Shown here piece after piece: positions 1 through 10,123 of a DNA stretch of 52,650 bases. The position numbers were made by a program, and so were the translations under genes. Each line of letters begins with the position of its first letter. The first letter of the stretch is position 1. Source of the stretch: a bacterium. Its GTDB lineage: Bacteria; Armatimonadota; JACIXR01. Location of the stretch: positions 1-52,650 of the forward strand of contig JBMFMH010000003.1 of the NCBI GenBank assembly GCA_049970775.1. Reading direction: 5' to 3'. The notes below the pieces were generated by a model. That model saw only the letters and a list, made by a program, of their open reading frames with translations, was not told the DNA's origin and made no database searches.

Positions 1-25
1 CCTCTTTGGGGCACCCCTCGGCTTT

Positions 26-146
26 TTTCGTCATTGCGAGCCCACCTCCTTGCAGGTGGGCGTGGCAATCTCGATTTTAGATTGCTTCGTCGCTTCGCTC
101 CTCGCAATGACGAAAGGGTGGTGGGCACCCCTCTATGAGAGGGGAA
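26..146. repeat. Composite REP/MITE-like palindromic element, copy 1
   Basis: Perfect 15-bp inverted repeat TTTCGTCATTGCGAG (26-40) / CTCGCAATGACGAAA (101-115) enclosing nested hairpins (GCCCACCT..AGGTGGGC, GCAATCT..AGATTGC), followed by the hairpin CCCCTCTATGAGAGGGG. The same modules recur at ~6943-7070 and ~9934-10101. Confidence 0.85.
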
Positions 147-191
147 CTATTCAGCAAATCTCAAAAACAAAACTTGCCTTTGTTGAGTATG

Positions 192-226
192 TTGACGAAA
201 TAACCTCTCCTTATGATAATTATAAT
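192..226 (+). promoter_or_regulatory. Putative sigma70-type promoter of nadD
   Basis: TTGACG (192-197)-17 nt-GATAAT (215-220), plus TATAAT at 221-226. ATG at 230 has no SD. Confidence 0.55.
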
Positions 227-229
227 GAA

Positions 230-829
230 ATGAAAATCGGAATTATGGGAGGAACCTTTGACCCAATCCACATCGGACATCTCGTCGCCGCCGAGGAGGC
301 GCGAGCGGTCTTCCGCTTGGATAAGGTAATCTTTGTCCCCAATTACCAACCTCCTCATAAACCAGGCGTCCTAGTGACCAATCCCGAACACCGCTACGCT
401 ATGGTCCTTCTCTCCATCTATACTAACCCCTATTTTGAGGTATCAAGAATAGAGATTGAAAGAGGCGGTCCCTCCTACGCAATAGACACCGTTAAGGAAT
501 TCCGCAAGTTATATCCCGAAGCGGAAATATACTTCATCACTGGAGCGGATGCAATTGCAGAAATACTTTCCTGGAAGCAAGGAAAGGAAATCCTCAAGCT
601 CTGCAAGTTCATAGCTGTTACCCGCCCCGGTTATGATATTGAGAAGGTAAAAGAGAAGTTGCGAGGGATTGATAACAACAATGTTGAATTCTTGAAGATA
701 ACCGAGATAAACATCTCCTCAACTGAGATAAGAACAAGGGTTAAGGAAGGAAAGCCGATTAAATACCTTGTTTTGGATACGGTTGAAAACTATATTTACA
801 AGCACAATCTTTACACAGGAGGCAGATGA
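230..829 (+). CDS. nadD: Nicotinate-nucleotide adenylyltransferase
   Basis: MKIGIMGGTFDPIHIGH (HxGH), FITGAD and ISSTEIR motifs. Start moved to ATG 230 because the ORF extension 50-229 translates the repeat and promoter. Confidence 0.95.
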   Translation: MKIGIMGGTFDPIHIGHLVAAEEARAVFRLDKVIFVPNYQPPHKPGVLVTNPEHRYAMVLLSIYTNPYFEVSRIEIERGGPSYAIDTVKEFRKLYPEAEIYFITGADAIAEILSWKQGKEILKLCKFIAVTRPGYDIEKVKEKLRGIDNNNVEFLKITEINISSTEIRTRVKEGKPIKYLVLDTVENYIYKHNLYTGGR

Positions 830-1989
830 ATTTGCGGAAGTTTCTCCTAATTGGGATAACCCTTCTCATACTGATGCCCGCGAGCTTTTTCGCCGGCTTC
901 TACTACGGAAAAAGCGAACATTCCCTGCCCTTCATCCAACCCTCATTCTCCCCACAGGGAAAGATAACCTTCCTTATAGTGGGATTGGACCAGGGGATAA
1001 ATATGCCGAACAATGAGGGAAGGAGCGACACGATAATCGTCGGCTCCCTGGATTTGGCAAGCTCAAAAGCCTTCCTCCTTTCCATCCCTCGTGATACGCG
1101 AGCCTACATTCCCGCTGAGGGAAAGGAGGATAAAATCAATGCCGCTATCGTCGTGAAGGGAGTGGAGGCGACGAAGGAAGCGCTCACCAATCTCCTGGGA
1201 ATCCCCATAGATTATTACATCAAAGTGCGCGTTGAGGGCTTCCAAAAAATCGTTGACCTTTTAGGGGGAATTGATATCTATGTAGATAGAGATATGCATT
1301 ACAAAGATGATACCCAACATTTATACATCAACCTAAAGAAGGGTTATCAGCATCTCAATGGTTATCAAGCGATGGGTTTTGTTAGATTCAGACACGAAGC
1401 GATGGGGGATTTAGCGAGGATAAAAAGACAACAAAGATTCATCCTCGCCCTTCTTCAGAAAATCCACTCCCCTGCCGTTCTTCCCCATCTTCCTTCCCTT
1501 TTGCGTGAGATTTACAGGAATGTGGAGACGAACTTTACCCTCTCTGACCTCCTTTTTCTCGCGAAAAAATACAGAAACGAATTGCCCACGGTTGAGACAG
1601 CCGTTCTTCCCGGTAAGCCCCAAACGATAAATGGAGTAAGTTATTACCTACCCGATTCCGACAATTTGCAATTCATAGCCGAAAGGATGCTCAATCCATC
1701 CGCAGGGAAGGAAAGTGGTCCGACGGTTGAGGTGCTGAATGGAGGGGGAATCCCCGGGGCAGCGGCAAAGGCGGCGGGGAAGCTTTCCCAACTTGGCTTT
1801 GATGTTGTTTACATTGGAAACGCCGATAGCTTCTCCAACCTCAAAACCACCGTTATTGTCCACACCGATGGCTTGAACGAGGCAGCGAAGATATTGAAGC
1901 AGACGCTGGGCTGTGGTGAGATAAAGAAGGACAGAAATATGGGGAAAGCCGATTTCACCGTCATTTTGGGAAAAGACTTCTTTCCCTAA
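826..1989 (+). CDS. LCP (LytR-CpsA-Psr) family cell-envelope transferase with C-terminal LytR_C domain
   Basis: N-terminal TM helix; GRSDTI, SIPRDT, KINAA, RFRH and R.KRQQ motifs; C-terminal VEVLNGGGIPGAA...VILGKD. Confidence 0.92.
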   Translation: MNLRKFLLIGITLLILMPASFFAGFYYGKSEHSLPFIQPSFSPQGKITFLIVGLDQGINMPNNEGRSDTIIVGSLDLASSKAFLLSIPRDTRAYIPAEGKEDKINAAIVVKGVEATKEALTNLLGIPIDYYIKVRVEGFQKIVDLLGGIDIYVDRDMHYKDDTQHLYINLKKGYQHLNGYQAMGFVRFRHEAMGDLARIKRQQRFILALLQKIHSPAVLPHLPSLLREIYRNVETNFTLSDLLFLAKKYRNELPTVETAVLPGKPQTINGVSYYLPDSDNLQFIAERMLNPSAGKESGPTVEVLNGGGIPGAAAKAAGKLSQLGFDVVYIGNADSFSNLKTTVIVHTDGLNEAAKILKQTLGCGEIKKDRNMGKADFTVILGKDFFP

Positions 1990-1990
1990 A

Positions 1991-2377
1991 ATGTTTATAA
2001 TAAAATCAAAAATGAAAGGAGGAATGGAACTGGAGAGGAAAGATTCCAGAAAAGCGAAGACCCCCAAGGGCAAAGCCGGTTTATTGGCAAGGATATTGGA
2101 AAGGAAGAAGGCAGACGATGTTGTGGTTATAAGGACGAGGGATAAAACATTTATCGCCGATTACTTTGTTATCTGCTCCGCTACTTCCGATACGCACGCA
2201 AGAGCATTGCTCGAGGCGATTGAGGAGAATTTAGAGAAAAATGGCACTCCTCCCCTCTCGGTTGAGGGAATTGATTCCCTAAAATGGTCGTTAATAGATT
2301 GTGGTGATGTGATAGTTCACATATTCTCACCTGAGGCAAGGGAATATTATCGTTTAGAGGAGATTTGGTATGAATGA
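1991..2377 (+). CDS. rsfS: Ribosome silencing factor RsfS (Iojap)
   Basis: KKADDVV, ADYFVICSA, WSLIDCGDVIVHIF and REYYRLEEIW motifs; typical nadD neighbourhood. True start probably 2012-2030. Confidence 0.92.
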   Translation: MFIIKSKMKGGMELERKDSRKAKTPKGKAGLLARILERKKADDVVVIRTRDKTFIADYFVICSATSDTHARALLEAIEENLEKNGTPPLSVEGIDSLKWSLIDCGDVIVHIFSPEAREYYRLEEIWYE

Positions 2378-2918
2378 GGAAGAGAAGGAAAGGCTCCTGC
2401 ATTTCACCCTTCTACATTTAAGGCGAGGGGATGTAAAGAAGGCTCTTGCCACTTGCCAGCAGATACTTGATGCTGACCCTGAGGACCCATCTGCATTGGA
2501 GCTTATGGGAGATATAAAGTCGGAGCAGGGTAACCTAGAGGAAGCGCTGTCATATTACAAGAAAGCATTGGAAAAGAATCCCTCGGCGGGCGGGGTGGAG
2601 GAAAAGTTAGCGAGGACCGTTCTCAAGATAAAAGAAGAGGAAGGAGCTTTTGATATAAAAGAGGAACCGATGATAAGATTTCCCCTTCTCGCTGGGCTAC
2701 TTTCCCTCGTGTTTGCTGGATTAGGGCAGTTTTACAATGGAGATGTAGCGAAGGGAATCGCCGGAATAATTCTTGGTGCTTTATTTCTCCTCATTCCCCT
2801 TGCTTTCAAAATCCCCTTGCTTTTTATACTCTGGGGATTTGTAAACTTCGCTTTCGCAATGGAAGCTTACGCAACTGCTAAACGAACTTCCGAGAGAGAG
2901 AAAAACAAAAGCGAATAA
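2370..2918 (+). CDS. TPR-repeat membrane protein with C-terminal TM2-like domain
   Basis: Two TPR-like repeats (A..LMGDI...GNLEEALSYYKKALEKNP), then LLSLVFAGLGQFYNG and hydrophobic helices. Confidence 0.7.
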   Translation: MNEEEKERLLHFTLLHLRRGDVKKALATCQQILDADPEDPSALELMGDIKSEQGNLEEALSYYKKALEKNPSAGGVEEKLARTVLKIKEEEGAFDIKEEPMIRFPLLAGLLSLVFAGLGQFYNGDVAKGIAGIILGALFLLIPLAFKIPLLFILWGFVNFAFAMEAYATAKRTSEREKNKSE

Positions 2919-2969
2919 AAAGCATCCTTTATCTCATCCCACTACTTCGCTAAGAGGACAAGTGTTATC

Positions 2970-2997
2970 TTGACTTTTTTACCCCTTAAGTTAAAAT
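2970..2997 (+). promoter_or_regulatory. Putative sigma70-type promoter of uvrA
   Basis: TTGACT-16 nt-TAAAAT. Confidence 0.5.
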
Positions 2998-3016
2998 CAA
3001 ATAATGATGAAACCCT

Positions 3017-5869
3017 ATGCCCCAAGACAAAATCATCATCAGAGGCGCAAGGCAACATAATCTCAAGAACATCAATCTGGAGATTCCCCGAGATAAGTTA
3101 ATCGTCATAACCGGTTTATCAGGCTCGGGAAAATCATCGCTCGCTTTTGACACAATATACGCTGAGGGGCAGAGACGATATGTTGAGAGCCTATCCGCCT
3201 ATGCCCGCCAGTTCCTTGAGCAGATGGAGAAACCGGATGTTGATTTCATTGATGGGCTCTCACCTGCTATCTCCATTGACCAAAAATCCGCTCCCCGTAA
3301 TCCTCGCTCCACGGTGGGAACCATCACCGAGATATACGATTACCTTCGCCTCCTCTTCGCTCGCATCGGCATCCCCTACTGTCCAAATTGTGGCGTAAAA
3401 ATAGAAAGACAAACAGTTCAGCAAATTACAGACCAAATCCTCTCCTTCCCGGAAGGCACAAGAATACTCATCCTAGCTCCCATTGTGAAGGGGAGGAAAG
3501 GAGAATATAAATCACTTCTTGAAGAGGTTAAGAGGGAAGGCTTCACAAGGGTAAGAGTGGATGGGCAAATGCTCAATTTGGCGGAGGAGGAGATTCCAAC
3601 CCTAGATAAATATAAAATCCATCATATAGAGGTGATTGTTGATAGGATAGTTTTAAGGGAAGGGATAAAGGGGAGGTTGACAGATTCAATAGAAACTGCT
3701 TTGAAGATGGGGAAGGGACATCTGCTCGTCAGCATAGTGGATGGAGAAGAGCTCCATTTTTCCGAAGAATTCGCCTGCCCAATCTGTGGCTTCAGTATGG
3801 GGGAGCTTGAGCCAAGGAAATTCTCCTTCAACTCTCCCTACGGCGCCTGTCCAACCTGTCATGGTTTGGGCTATATAACTGATTTCTCCCCTGATTTAGT
3901 GTTTGATTATGAGAAGAGCATCGCAGAGGGAGGTATAATACCGCTCAGGAAATTCTATAGCGAATATTATCCTGCCATCATAAGGAGCCTCGCTGAGGAA
4001 TACCGATTCAGCCTCCACGAACCAATAAAAAATCTCCCCCAAGAGATAAGGGATATACTTTTTTATGGAACGAATAGACCCGTCTTCATCTCCTATACTA
4101 ATTGGCGAGGTTTTGAAAGAGAGTATTGGACACACTTCAGAGGAATTAAGGAAATGCTTGAGGAAAAACTCAGGAACAGCACTTCCGAAAGGGTGAGGGA
4201 AGAAGTAGCCGAGTTTATGGCAACCTATACTTGCCCCGATTGTGAAGGAAAAAGGTTGAGGAAGGAAAGCTTAGCGGTGAAAATCGCTGACAAAAACATC
4301 TATGAAGTAACCCTTTTATCCGTTGACGAGGCTTATAAATTCTTTGCCTCCTTACCTGAACAATTGAGCGAGAAGGAAAGGATAATAGCTCAGCCAATTT
4401 TGAAGGAGATTCAAGCTCGCTTAGGCTTTCTAAAGGATGTCGGACTTGGCTATCTCACCTTGGAGCGTCCAGCGAACACATTAGCGGGAGGAGAAGCACA
4501 GAGAATAAGGCTTGCTACCCAGATAGGTTCGGGATTGATGGGCGTTATCTACATACTCGATGAACCTTCCATAGGTTTACATCCAAGGGATAATAGACGC
4601 CTCCTTGATACCCTTATCAAGCTGAGGGACCTCGGCAATACCGTGATAGTGGTTGAACACGACGAGGAAACGATTAGGATGGCGGATTGGATTGTAGACC
4701 TCGGACCGGGGGCGGGGGAAAATGGTGGATATGTAGTTGTTTCGGGAACTTTAGAGGATGTTATCAAGGAGCCGAGGTCGCTGACAGGACAGTATCTCTC
4801 AGGAGCGAGACGAATTCCCGTCCCCAAAACGAGGAGAAAACCGAAAGGGAAATGGCTAATAATTAGGGGAGCAAAGAAATACAATCTAAAGGGAATAGAT
4901 GTTAAGATTCCCCTCGGTCTCTTTGTGGCGATAACTGGGGTTTCGGGCTCCGGGAAAAGCACCCTTTTAGAGGAAATCGTTTATCCCGTCGTCTCAAATC
5001 ATCTCTATGGAACGAGGCTTCCGACAGGGGAATATGCTGGGGTAGAAGGGCTGGAGGAGCTGGACAAAGTGATAAATATTGACCAATCACCCATAGGAAG
5101 AACTCCTCGCTCCAATCCCGCCACATACACAGGAGTTTTTGATTTAATACGCCAGCTGTTTGCGCAGCTTCCAGAGGCTAAAGCACGAGGCTATAAGCCG
5201 GGGCGCTTCTCCTTCAATGTCAAGGGTGGAAGGTGTGAGGCTTGCCGCGGAGATGGCTATATAAAAGTGGAGATGCAATTCCTTCCCGATGTATATGTTA
5301 GATGTGAGGAATGTAAGGGGAAAAGATATAATAGGGAAACATTGGAGATAAAATATAAGGGGAAAACCATCGCCGATGTTTTAGATATGACGGTTGAAGA
5401 AGCTCTCCATTTCTTCCGCAATATTGAACCCATTAGAAAGAAGCTGGAGACACTTAACGATGTGGGACTGGGCTACATTAAGCTTGGTCAGCCAGCAACA
5501 ACCTTATCAGGAGGAGAGGCGCAGAGGGTGAAGTTGGCAACGGAGCTATCTCGGAAAGCAACGGGAAGGACTCTTTATATATTGGATGAGCCAACAACAG
5601 GGCTCCACTTTGCAGATGTGGAAAAGCTACTGAATATCCTCCACAGATTGGTTGATAGGGGAAACACAGTTTTGATAATTGAGCATAATCTGGAAGTGAT
5701 AAAGACAGCAGATTGGATAATAGACCTCGGTCCTGAAGGTGGAGAGCAAGGTGGATACATCATCGCTGAGGGTCCTCCAGAGGAGGTAATGAATAATCCG
5801 ATCTCCTACACGGGGCAGTTCCTGAAAAAAGTCCTTGCCCAAGAGAAGGTTGCAGTAACAACGAGTTGA
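3017..5869 (+). CDS. uvrA: Excinuclease ABC subunit A
   Basis: Two Walker A motifs ([16 protein letters not shown]), zinc fingers, LSGGEAQR signature; 950 aa. Confidence 0.99.
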   Translation: MPQDKIIIRGARQHNLKNINLEIPRDKLIVITGLSGSGKSSLAFDTIYAEGQRRYVESLSAYARQFLEQMEKPDVDFIDGLSPAISIDQKSAPRNPRSTVGTITEIYDYLRLLFARIGIPYCPNCGVKIERQTVQQITDQILSFPEGTRILILAPIVKGRKGEYKSLLEEVKREGFTRVRVDGQMLNLAEEEIPTLDKYKIHHIEVIVDRIVLREGIKGRLTDSIETALKMGKGHLLVSIVDGEELHFSEEFACPICGFSMGELEPRKFSFNSPYGACPTCHGLGYITDFSPDLVFDYEKSIAEGGIIPLRKFYSEYYPAIIRSLAEEYRFSLHEPIKNLPQEIRDILFYGTNRPVFISYTNWRGFEREYWTHFRGIKEMLEEKLRNSTSERVREEVAEFMATYTCPDCEGKRLRKESLAVKIADKNIYEVTLLSVDEAYKFFASLPEQLSEKERIIAQPILKEIQARLGFLKDVGLGYLTLERPANTLAGGEAQRIRLATQIGSGLMGVIYILDEPSIGLHPRDNRRLLDTLIKLRDLGNTVIVVEHDEETIRMADWIVDLGPGAGENGGYVVVSGTLEDVIKEPRSLTGQYLSGARRIPVPKTRRKPKGKWLIIRGAKKYNLKGIDVKIPLGLFVAITGVSGSGKSTLLEEIVYPVVSNHLYGTRLPTGEYAGVEGLEELDKVINIDQSPIGRTPRSNPATYTGVFDLIRQLFAQLPEAKARGYKPGRFSFNVKGGRCEACRGDGYIKVEMQFLPDVYVRCEECKGKRYNRETLEIKYKGKTIADVLDMTVEEALHFFRNIEPIRKKLETLNDVGLGYIKLGQPATTLSGGEAQRVKLATELSRKATGRTLYILDEPTTGLHFADVEKLLNILHRLVDRGNTVLIIEHNLEVIKTADWIIDLGPEGGEQGGYIIAEGPPEEVMNNPISYTGQFLKKVLAQEKVAVTTS

Positions 5870-6933
5870 GGGATATGCTTAGCGTGGGGATAGTGGGATT
5901 GCCAAATGCGGGGAAAACGACCCTTTTCAATGCCCTCACTCAATCCTCAGCTGAGGTAGCCCCCTACCCTTTTACAACAATAGACCCTAATCACGCCATT
6001 GTTCCCATCCCAGATGAGCGCCTTGCTGCTTTGGCCAAAATATTCTCACAGGAAATCGTTAAACCTGCAACGATTGAGTTCGTTGATGTAGCTGGGTTGG
6101 TCAAGGGAGCTCACCAAGGAGAGGGATTGGGAAACCAATTCCTTGCTCAATTAAGGGAGGTTGATGCGATAGTTCATGTGATAAGATTCTTTTCCAACCC
6201 TCAAATCCCCCATATTGAGGGAACAGTTGACCCAAAAAGAGATTTTGAAATCATTAACATCGAGCTTCTTTACGCTGATTTGGAAACGGTGGAAAGAAGA
6301 ATGGAAAGGATTAAAAGAAGAACGGGTGAGAAAGAAAAGGAGGAATGGCGAATATTGGAACAGCTCAGGGAACATCTGGGTCAGGGAAAATGGGCGAAAA
6401 CTTTTCCCGTTGACGAGAAAACAAAAGAAGTGATAAATGGTCTTTTCCTCCTCACCGCTAAGCCGTGCCTTTTGGTCGCGAATATAGATGAGGATGAGGT
6501 AGGGAAGATAGAAAGGATCGAGATAAATGGGAATGAAGCAATACCGATATGCGCAAAATTAGAGGCGGATATACTTGCCCTTTCTCCCGATGAGAGGCAG
6601 GAATATTTGGAATCGGTTGGCATAGAGGAAACGGGTTTAGCGAAGCTCTTAAAGGAAAGTTATCGTGCTCTTGGATTGATAACTTTTTACACGGGAGTGG
6701 GGAGAGAGCTACGGGCTTGGCCTATAAAGGAGGGAACAACCGCTTGGGAGGCGGCGGGAAAGATACACACCGATATCCAAAAGGGATTTATAAAAGCGGA
6801 AGTAATATCGTTTGAGGAGTTATTAAGGATTGGTTCTTGGAGTTTAGCGAAGGATAAAGGTCTTGTTAGGATTGAGGGTAAGGGATATGTTATGAGAGAT
6901 GGAGATGTCGCCTACTTTCGCTTCCATCCCTGA
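5866..6933 (+). CDS. ychF: Ribosome-binding ATPase YchF
   Basis: [30 protein letters not shown] and [15 protein letters not shown]; C-terminal TGS-like domain. Start may be ATG 5875. Confidence 0.96.
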   Translation: MRDMLSVGIVGLPNAGKTTLFNALTQSSAEVAPYPFTTIDPNHAIVPIPDERLAALAKIFSQEIVKPATIEFVDVAGLVKGAHQGEGLGNQFLAQLREVDAIVHVIRFFSNPQIPHIEGTVDPKRDFEIINIELLYADLETVERRMERIKRRTGEKEKEEWRILEQLREHLGQGKWAKTFPVDEKTKEVINGLFLLTAKPCLLVANIDEDEVGKIERIEINGNEAIPICAKLEADILALSPDERQEYLESVGIEETGLAKLLKESYRALGLITFYTGVGRELRAWPIKEGTTAWEAAGKIHTDIQKGFIKAEVISFEELLRIGSWSLAKDKGLVRIEGKGYVMRDGDVAYFRFHP

Positions 6934-6942
6934 GGGGTGTTA

Positions 6943-7070
6943 TTCCCCTCTCATAGAGGGGTGTCGGCTTTGCCGACGGGGTGTTCCTCCGTCATTGCGA
7001 GAAGCGATAGCGACGAAGCAATCTCGTTGTAGATTGCTTCGGCTTCCCTCCAGGAAGCCTCGCAATGACG
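6943..7070. repeat. Composite REP/MITE-like palindromic element, copy 2 (inverted relative to copies 1 and 3)
   Basis: TTCCCCTCTCATAGAGGGG is the exact reverse complement of 128-146. CGTCATTGCGAG (6990-7001) / CTCGCAATGACG (7059-7070) form an inverted repeat. Lies between convergent ychF and umuC-like genes. Confidence 0.85.
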
Positions 7071-7095
7071 AAAAGTGTGTGAAAATGGAAAATCC

Positions 7096-8358
7096 CTAAT
7101 AAAGCTTTATAGGTAGAATGGGAATCTTGAAGCTCTTTCCTCTCTTTAGGGGGTTATCCTTCAGTATGGGGAAGCTAGAAGCGGGAAAGAGGGCAGACCT
7201 ACCGAAACGCTGGGCGAGGTCATCCACCGCCTCGTAGAGCCTGGCAATTCTCTCCGCCTTAAGCGGGCTCTCAAATATATTCGGCTGAAAGCCACGCCTG
7301 GGAAGCAAGTCCGCCAAAATAACCCCCGTCTGACGATAAAGCACCCCTTCCTCAAATATCTCCTCAAACGGCTTCCTTAAAAGAGGGAGTATCTCCAAAG
7401 GATAGGCGGAGGGAGAGGAAAGTTTAATCTCCATACCCACGCTGCTGAAGTCCTGCCTGCGGAGGAAAAAAAGCACCTTCCTCGCTAGCAATTCGTATTT
7501 TCTTGCCTTGAAACAAGCTTTCTCCAAGTTTAGAGAGAGATGAGCAAAAAGAAGGTTCTTGTCAGAGGTAGGGGTAAAAGTCAAGGCTTTACTAATTGAT
7601 TTATAGGAGCTCTTAGGCTCCGGATTAACAGGATAAACGCTTATCCCTCTCAGCTCCAACCATATTTCATAAAAGGGCTTTGAGAAATATTTTCGGATGA
7701 AGTTTTCCGGCTTACGGGCGAATTCAAGGGCGGTTTTAATGCCCAGCTTCTCACATAAAGAAGCGGTATTCGGTCCTATCCCCCACACCTCGGAAATAGG
7801 CAAATCCTTGAGGTAAAGATGAATCTCTCGCCCAGATATCACTGTTAAACCATCTGGTTTCCTATGCTTTGAGGCGATTTTAGCCAAAACCTTCGTCAGA
7901 CTTATCCCTACTGAAACTGTTATCCCCAACTCCTTCTTAATCGTTTCCTTTATGTGAAAGCCTATTTCCTCATATGAGGAATGATGTATCCTTCTCAAGC
8001 CGGTCAAATCAACGAAAGCCTCGTCTATTGAATACTCCTCCACTATGGGAGAGAATCTGCGTAAGATATCAAAGATGCGCAGGGAGAAGATGCTATATTT
8101 CTCATAATCTGAACTTAATACAATCACCTCGGGAAATTTTCTCTCCACTTCCTTTATCATCATCCCTCTCTCCACGCCGAGCGCCTTCGCCTCGTAGCTT
8201 GCCGCTGTAACAATACCCCTATCCTTGCCCACCACGATTGGTTTTCCCTTGAGCGAGGGATTGACCGCCTGCTCGCAGGAAGCAAAGAAAGCATCCGCAT
8301 CCAGATGGAGAATCGCACGGGGGAAATCGTGAATCGTAATGGGCTGTTCCCCTTTCAT
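7096..8358 (-). CDS. Y-family translesion DNA polymerase (UmuC/DinB-like)
   Basis: HLDADAFFAS, YSIDEAF and LAKIAS...KPDG motifs, HhH WGIG, clamp-like QPNIF and a DUF4113-like tail. Translationally coupled to the UmuD-like gene. Confidence 0.92.
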   Translation of the reverse strand: MKGEQPITIHDFPRAILHLDADAFFASCEQAVNPSLKGKPIVVGKDRGIVTAASYEAKALGVERGMMIKEVERKFPEVIVLSSDYEKYSIFSLRIFDILRRFSPIVEEYSIDEAFVDLTGLRRIHHSSYEEIGFHIKETIKKELGITVSVGISLTKVLAKIASKHRKPDGLTVISGREIHLYLKDLPISEVWGIGPNTASLCEKLGIKTALEFARKPENFIRKYFSKPFYEIWLELRGISVYPVNPEPKSSYKSISKALTFTPTSDKNLLFAHLSLNLEKACFKARKYELLARKVLFFLRRQDFSSVGMEIKLSSPSAYPLEILPLLRKPFEEIFEEGVLYRQTGVILADLLPRRGFQPNIFESPLKAERIARLYEAVDDLAQRFGRSALFPASSFPILKDNPLKRGKSFKIPILPIKLY

Positions 8359-8792
8359 CTATATTTTCTCACCACCCCAACTACAACCCCGAAGATGTTC
8401 AGGCTCTCCGTTGGTTTTATCACAGGGTAGGAGGGATTAGCGGGAGCAAGGACTATCTGCCTTCCTTGCTTACGAAAATACTTCATCGTCCATTCACCGT
8501 CCACCTCGGCGATTACTATATCGCCGTTTTTAGGGGAAAGGCTTCTATCGACCAAAACGAAATCGCCTGGCAAAATCCCCGCCTCTATCATAGATTCTCC
8601 ATAAACCCTCACGAGATAGGTGGAGGTTGGATTCTTAACCAACCATTCCTCCAAGGAAATGCTCTCAAAGAGCTCCTCCTCCGCTGGGGAGGGGAAGCCA
8701 GCGGTTATATGCCCTACGAGTTTTAACTCTACCTTTTCCACCTCGCCAATCGTTATCGGCTTCAGGTCATCTATCTCTTTTTTGGAAGGCAT
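8355..8792 (-). CDS. umuD: UmuD/LexA-like S24 autopeptidase without DNA-binding domain
   Basis: Cleavage site AGFPSPA, catalytic Ser (GESM) and Lys (TMK); no N-terminal wHTH. Start set at ATG 8792 (SD AAGGAG) because ATG 8825 lies inside the predicted -10. Confidence 0.85.
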   Translation of the reverse strand: MPSKKEIDDLKPITIGEVEKVELKLVGHITAGFPSPAEEELFESISLEEWLVKNPTSTYLVRVYGESMIEAGILPGDFVLVDRSLSPKNGDIVIAEVDGEWTMKYFRKQGRQIVLAPANPSYPVIKPTESLNIFGVVVGVVRKYR

Positions 8793-8823
8793 AATTCTCT
8801 CCTTTTTGTCTAATTCTATTTTC

Positions 8824-8871
8824 ATTCTGCCTTACTTTTGAATTGATGTCAATAGAAGAGGCAGTTATAAT
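8824..8871. promoter_or_regulatory. Overlapping divergent promoters for umuD (-) and rfbB (+)
   Basis: Minus strand: TTGACA (8852-8847)-17-CAGAAT (8829-8824). Plus strand: TTGATG (8843-8848)-17-TATAAT (8866-8871). Confidence 0.55.
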
Positions 8872-8880
8872 AAAGAAGAA

Positions 8881-9876
8881 ATGAAAATCCTCGTAACTGG
8901 TGGCGCAGGGTTCATCGGTTCAAATTTAACTCGCTTCCTCTTGAATAGAGAGAAGCCCCAACTCGTTATCGTCATTGATAATCTCTCGACTGGCAGGTTG
9001 GAGAACCTCTCATCCGTGATGGATAACCCTCGCCTTAAATTCTTCCACGCAGACCTTACGAGAGATTTCACCCTTATTGACTTCGTTTTTCAACGCTATT
9101 CCCCAAACATCATCTTCCACTTAGCCGCAGAGGCTCATGTTGATGAGAGCATCCGCAATCCCCTCATTGCTTCCTCAAATTTCCTTATGACGAATGTGCT
9201 GTTGGAAAAGGCAAGGGAATACAAGGTGGAGAGGTTCATCCATATTTCAACGGACGAGGTATACGGACCTATTCCTACTGGCTTCGCAGATGAGAACTAT
9301 CCCCTCAATCCTTCAAGCCCCTACTCCGCTTCAAAGGCGAGTTCAGACCTCCTCTGTTTAGCTTATCATAAAACCTATGGGGTGCCCGCCATCATATCAA
9401 GATGCACGAATAATTTCGGACCCTATCTTGATGTGAGGCGTCTCATCGCCCGCCATATAACGAACGCCCTCTTGAATCACGACCTGCCTCTTTGGGATGG
9501 CGGCGGGCAGATGAGGGATTGGCTTTTCGTGGAAGACCATTGCACCGCTTTGTGGCTTCTTATGGAAAAAGGTGAACCTGGTGAGATTTATAATATCGCT
9601 GGTGGAAATATTTTGAGGAACATAGAAGTAGCAGAGGCTATTTTGCGATTGATCCCCGATTCAAAAAGCAAGATAGTTTTTCGTGGTTCACGCCCCGCTC
9701 ACGACATTCGTTACGCTTTGAACGCCGATAAGGTAAAAATGCTTGGTTGGAAGCCGAAATACGGATTTGAGGAAGCATTAAGGATGACGATTGATTGGTA
9801 TAAGGAAAACGAGGGATGGTGGATGAGCAAGAAGAGAGAAATAGAGGAGAAATTCTATGGAGAGCTCGGAAGATGA
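8881..9876 (+). CDS. rfbB: dTDP-glucose 4,6-dehydratase-like NDP-sugar dehydratase
   Basis: GGAGFIG, HLAAEAHVD, ISTDEVYG, YSASK and RDWLFVEDH motifs. Confidence 0.85.
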   Translation: MKILVTGGAGFIGSNLTRFLLNREKPQLVIVIDNLSTGRLENLSSVMDNPRLKFFHADLTRDFTLIDFVFQRYSPNIIFHLAAEAHVDESIRNPLIASSNFLMTNVLLEKAREYKVERFIHISTDEVYGPIPTGFADENYPLNPSSPYSASKASSDLLCLAYHKTYGVPAIISRCTNNFGPYLDVRRLIARHITNALLNHDLPLWDGGGQMRDWLFVEDHCTALWLLMEKGEPGEIYNIAGGNILRNIEVAEAILRLIPDSKSKIVFRGSRPAHDIRYALNADKVKMLGWKPKYGFEEALRMTIDWYKENEGWWMSKKREIEEKFYGELGR

Positions 9877-9933
9877 AGGGTCCTATGTCTTCATTAAGGG
9901 CTTGCTTCGCTTTCGCCCGCATTCACTTTTTTC

Positions 9934-10101
9934 CGTTATTGCGAGGCTTCCCAGAGGGAAACCGAAGCAAATAAAAACCGAGATTGCGGAGTCGTTTCGC
10001 TCCACCTAATTCCCCTTCCTTGAAGGGGTGCCGAGCGCAGCGAGGCGGGGTAGTTGTTAGAACACCCCGCCCCTACGGGGCACCCCTCTGGGAGAGGGGA
10101 A
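9934..10101. repeat. Composite REP/MITE-like palindromic element, copy 3 (degenerate, with an extra hairpin)
   Basis: CGTTATTGCGAGGCTTCCCAGAGGGAAACCGAAGCAA closely matches the reverse complement of 7034-7070. Ends in CACCCCTCTGGGAGAGGGGAA. Lies between convergent genes. Confidence 0.8.
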
Positions 10102-10123
10102 TTTGGAAAGAGTGGGGAAACAT

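Noticed and set aside
50-229. 60-aa N-terminal extension of NadD in the ORF track
   Set aside because: It translates the palindromic repeat (DCFVASLLAMT) and the promoter; NadD homology begins at ATG 230.
6899-7099. 66-aa ORF between ychF and the Y-family polymerase
   Set aside because: It is a translation of the REP-like element.
8355-8825. LexA repressor
   Set aside because: No N-terminal winged-helix domain; size and coupling to a Y-family polymerase indicate a UmuD-like protein.
26-10101. Repeats as a CRISPR array or an autonomous IS
   Set aside because: They are dispersed, with no regular repeat-spacer period and no cas or transposase gene in the window.
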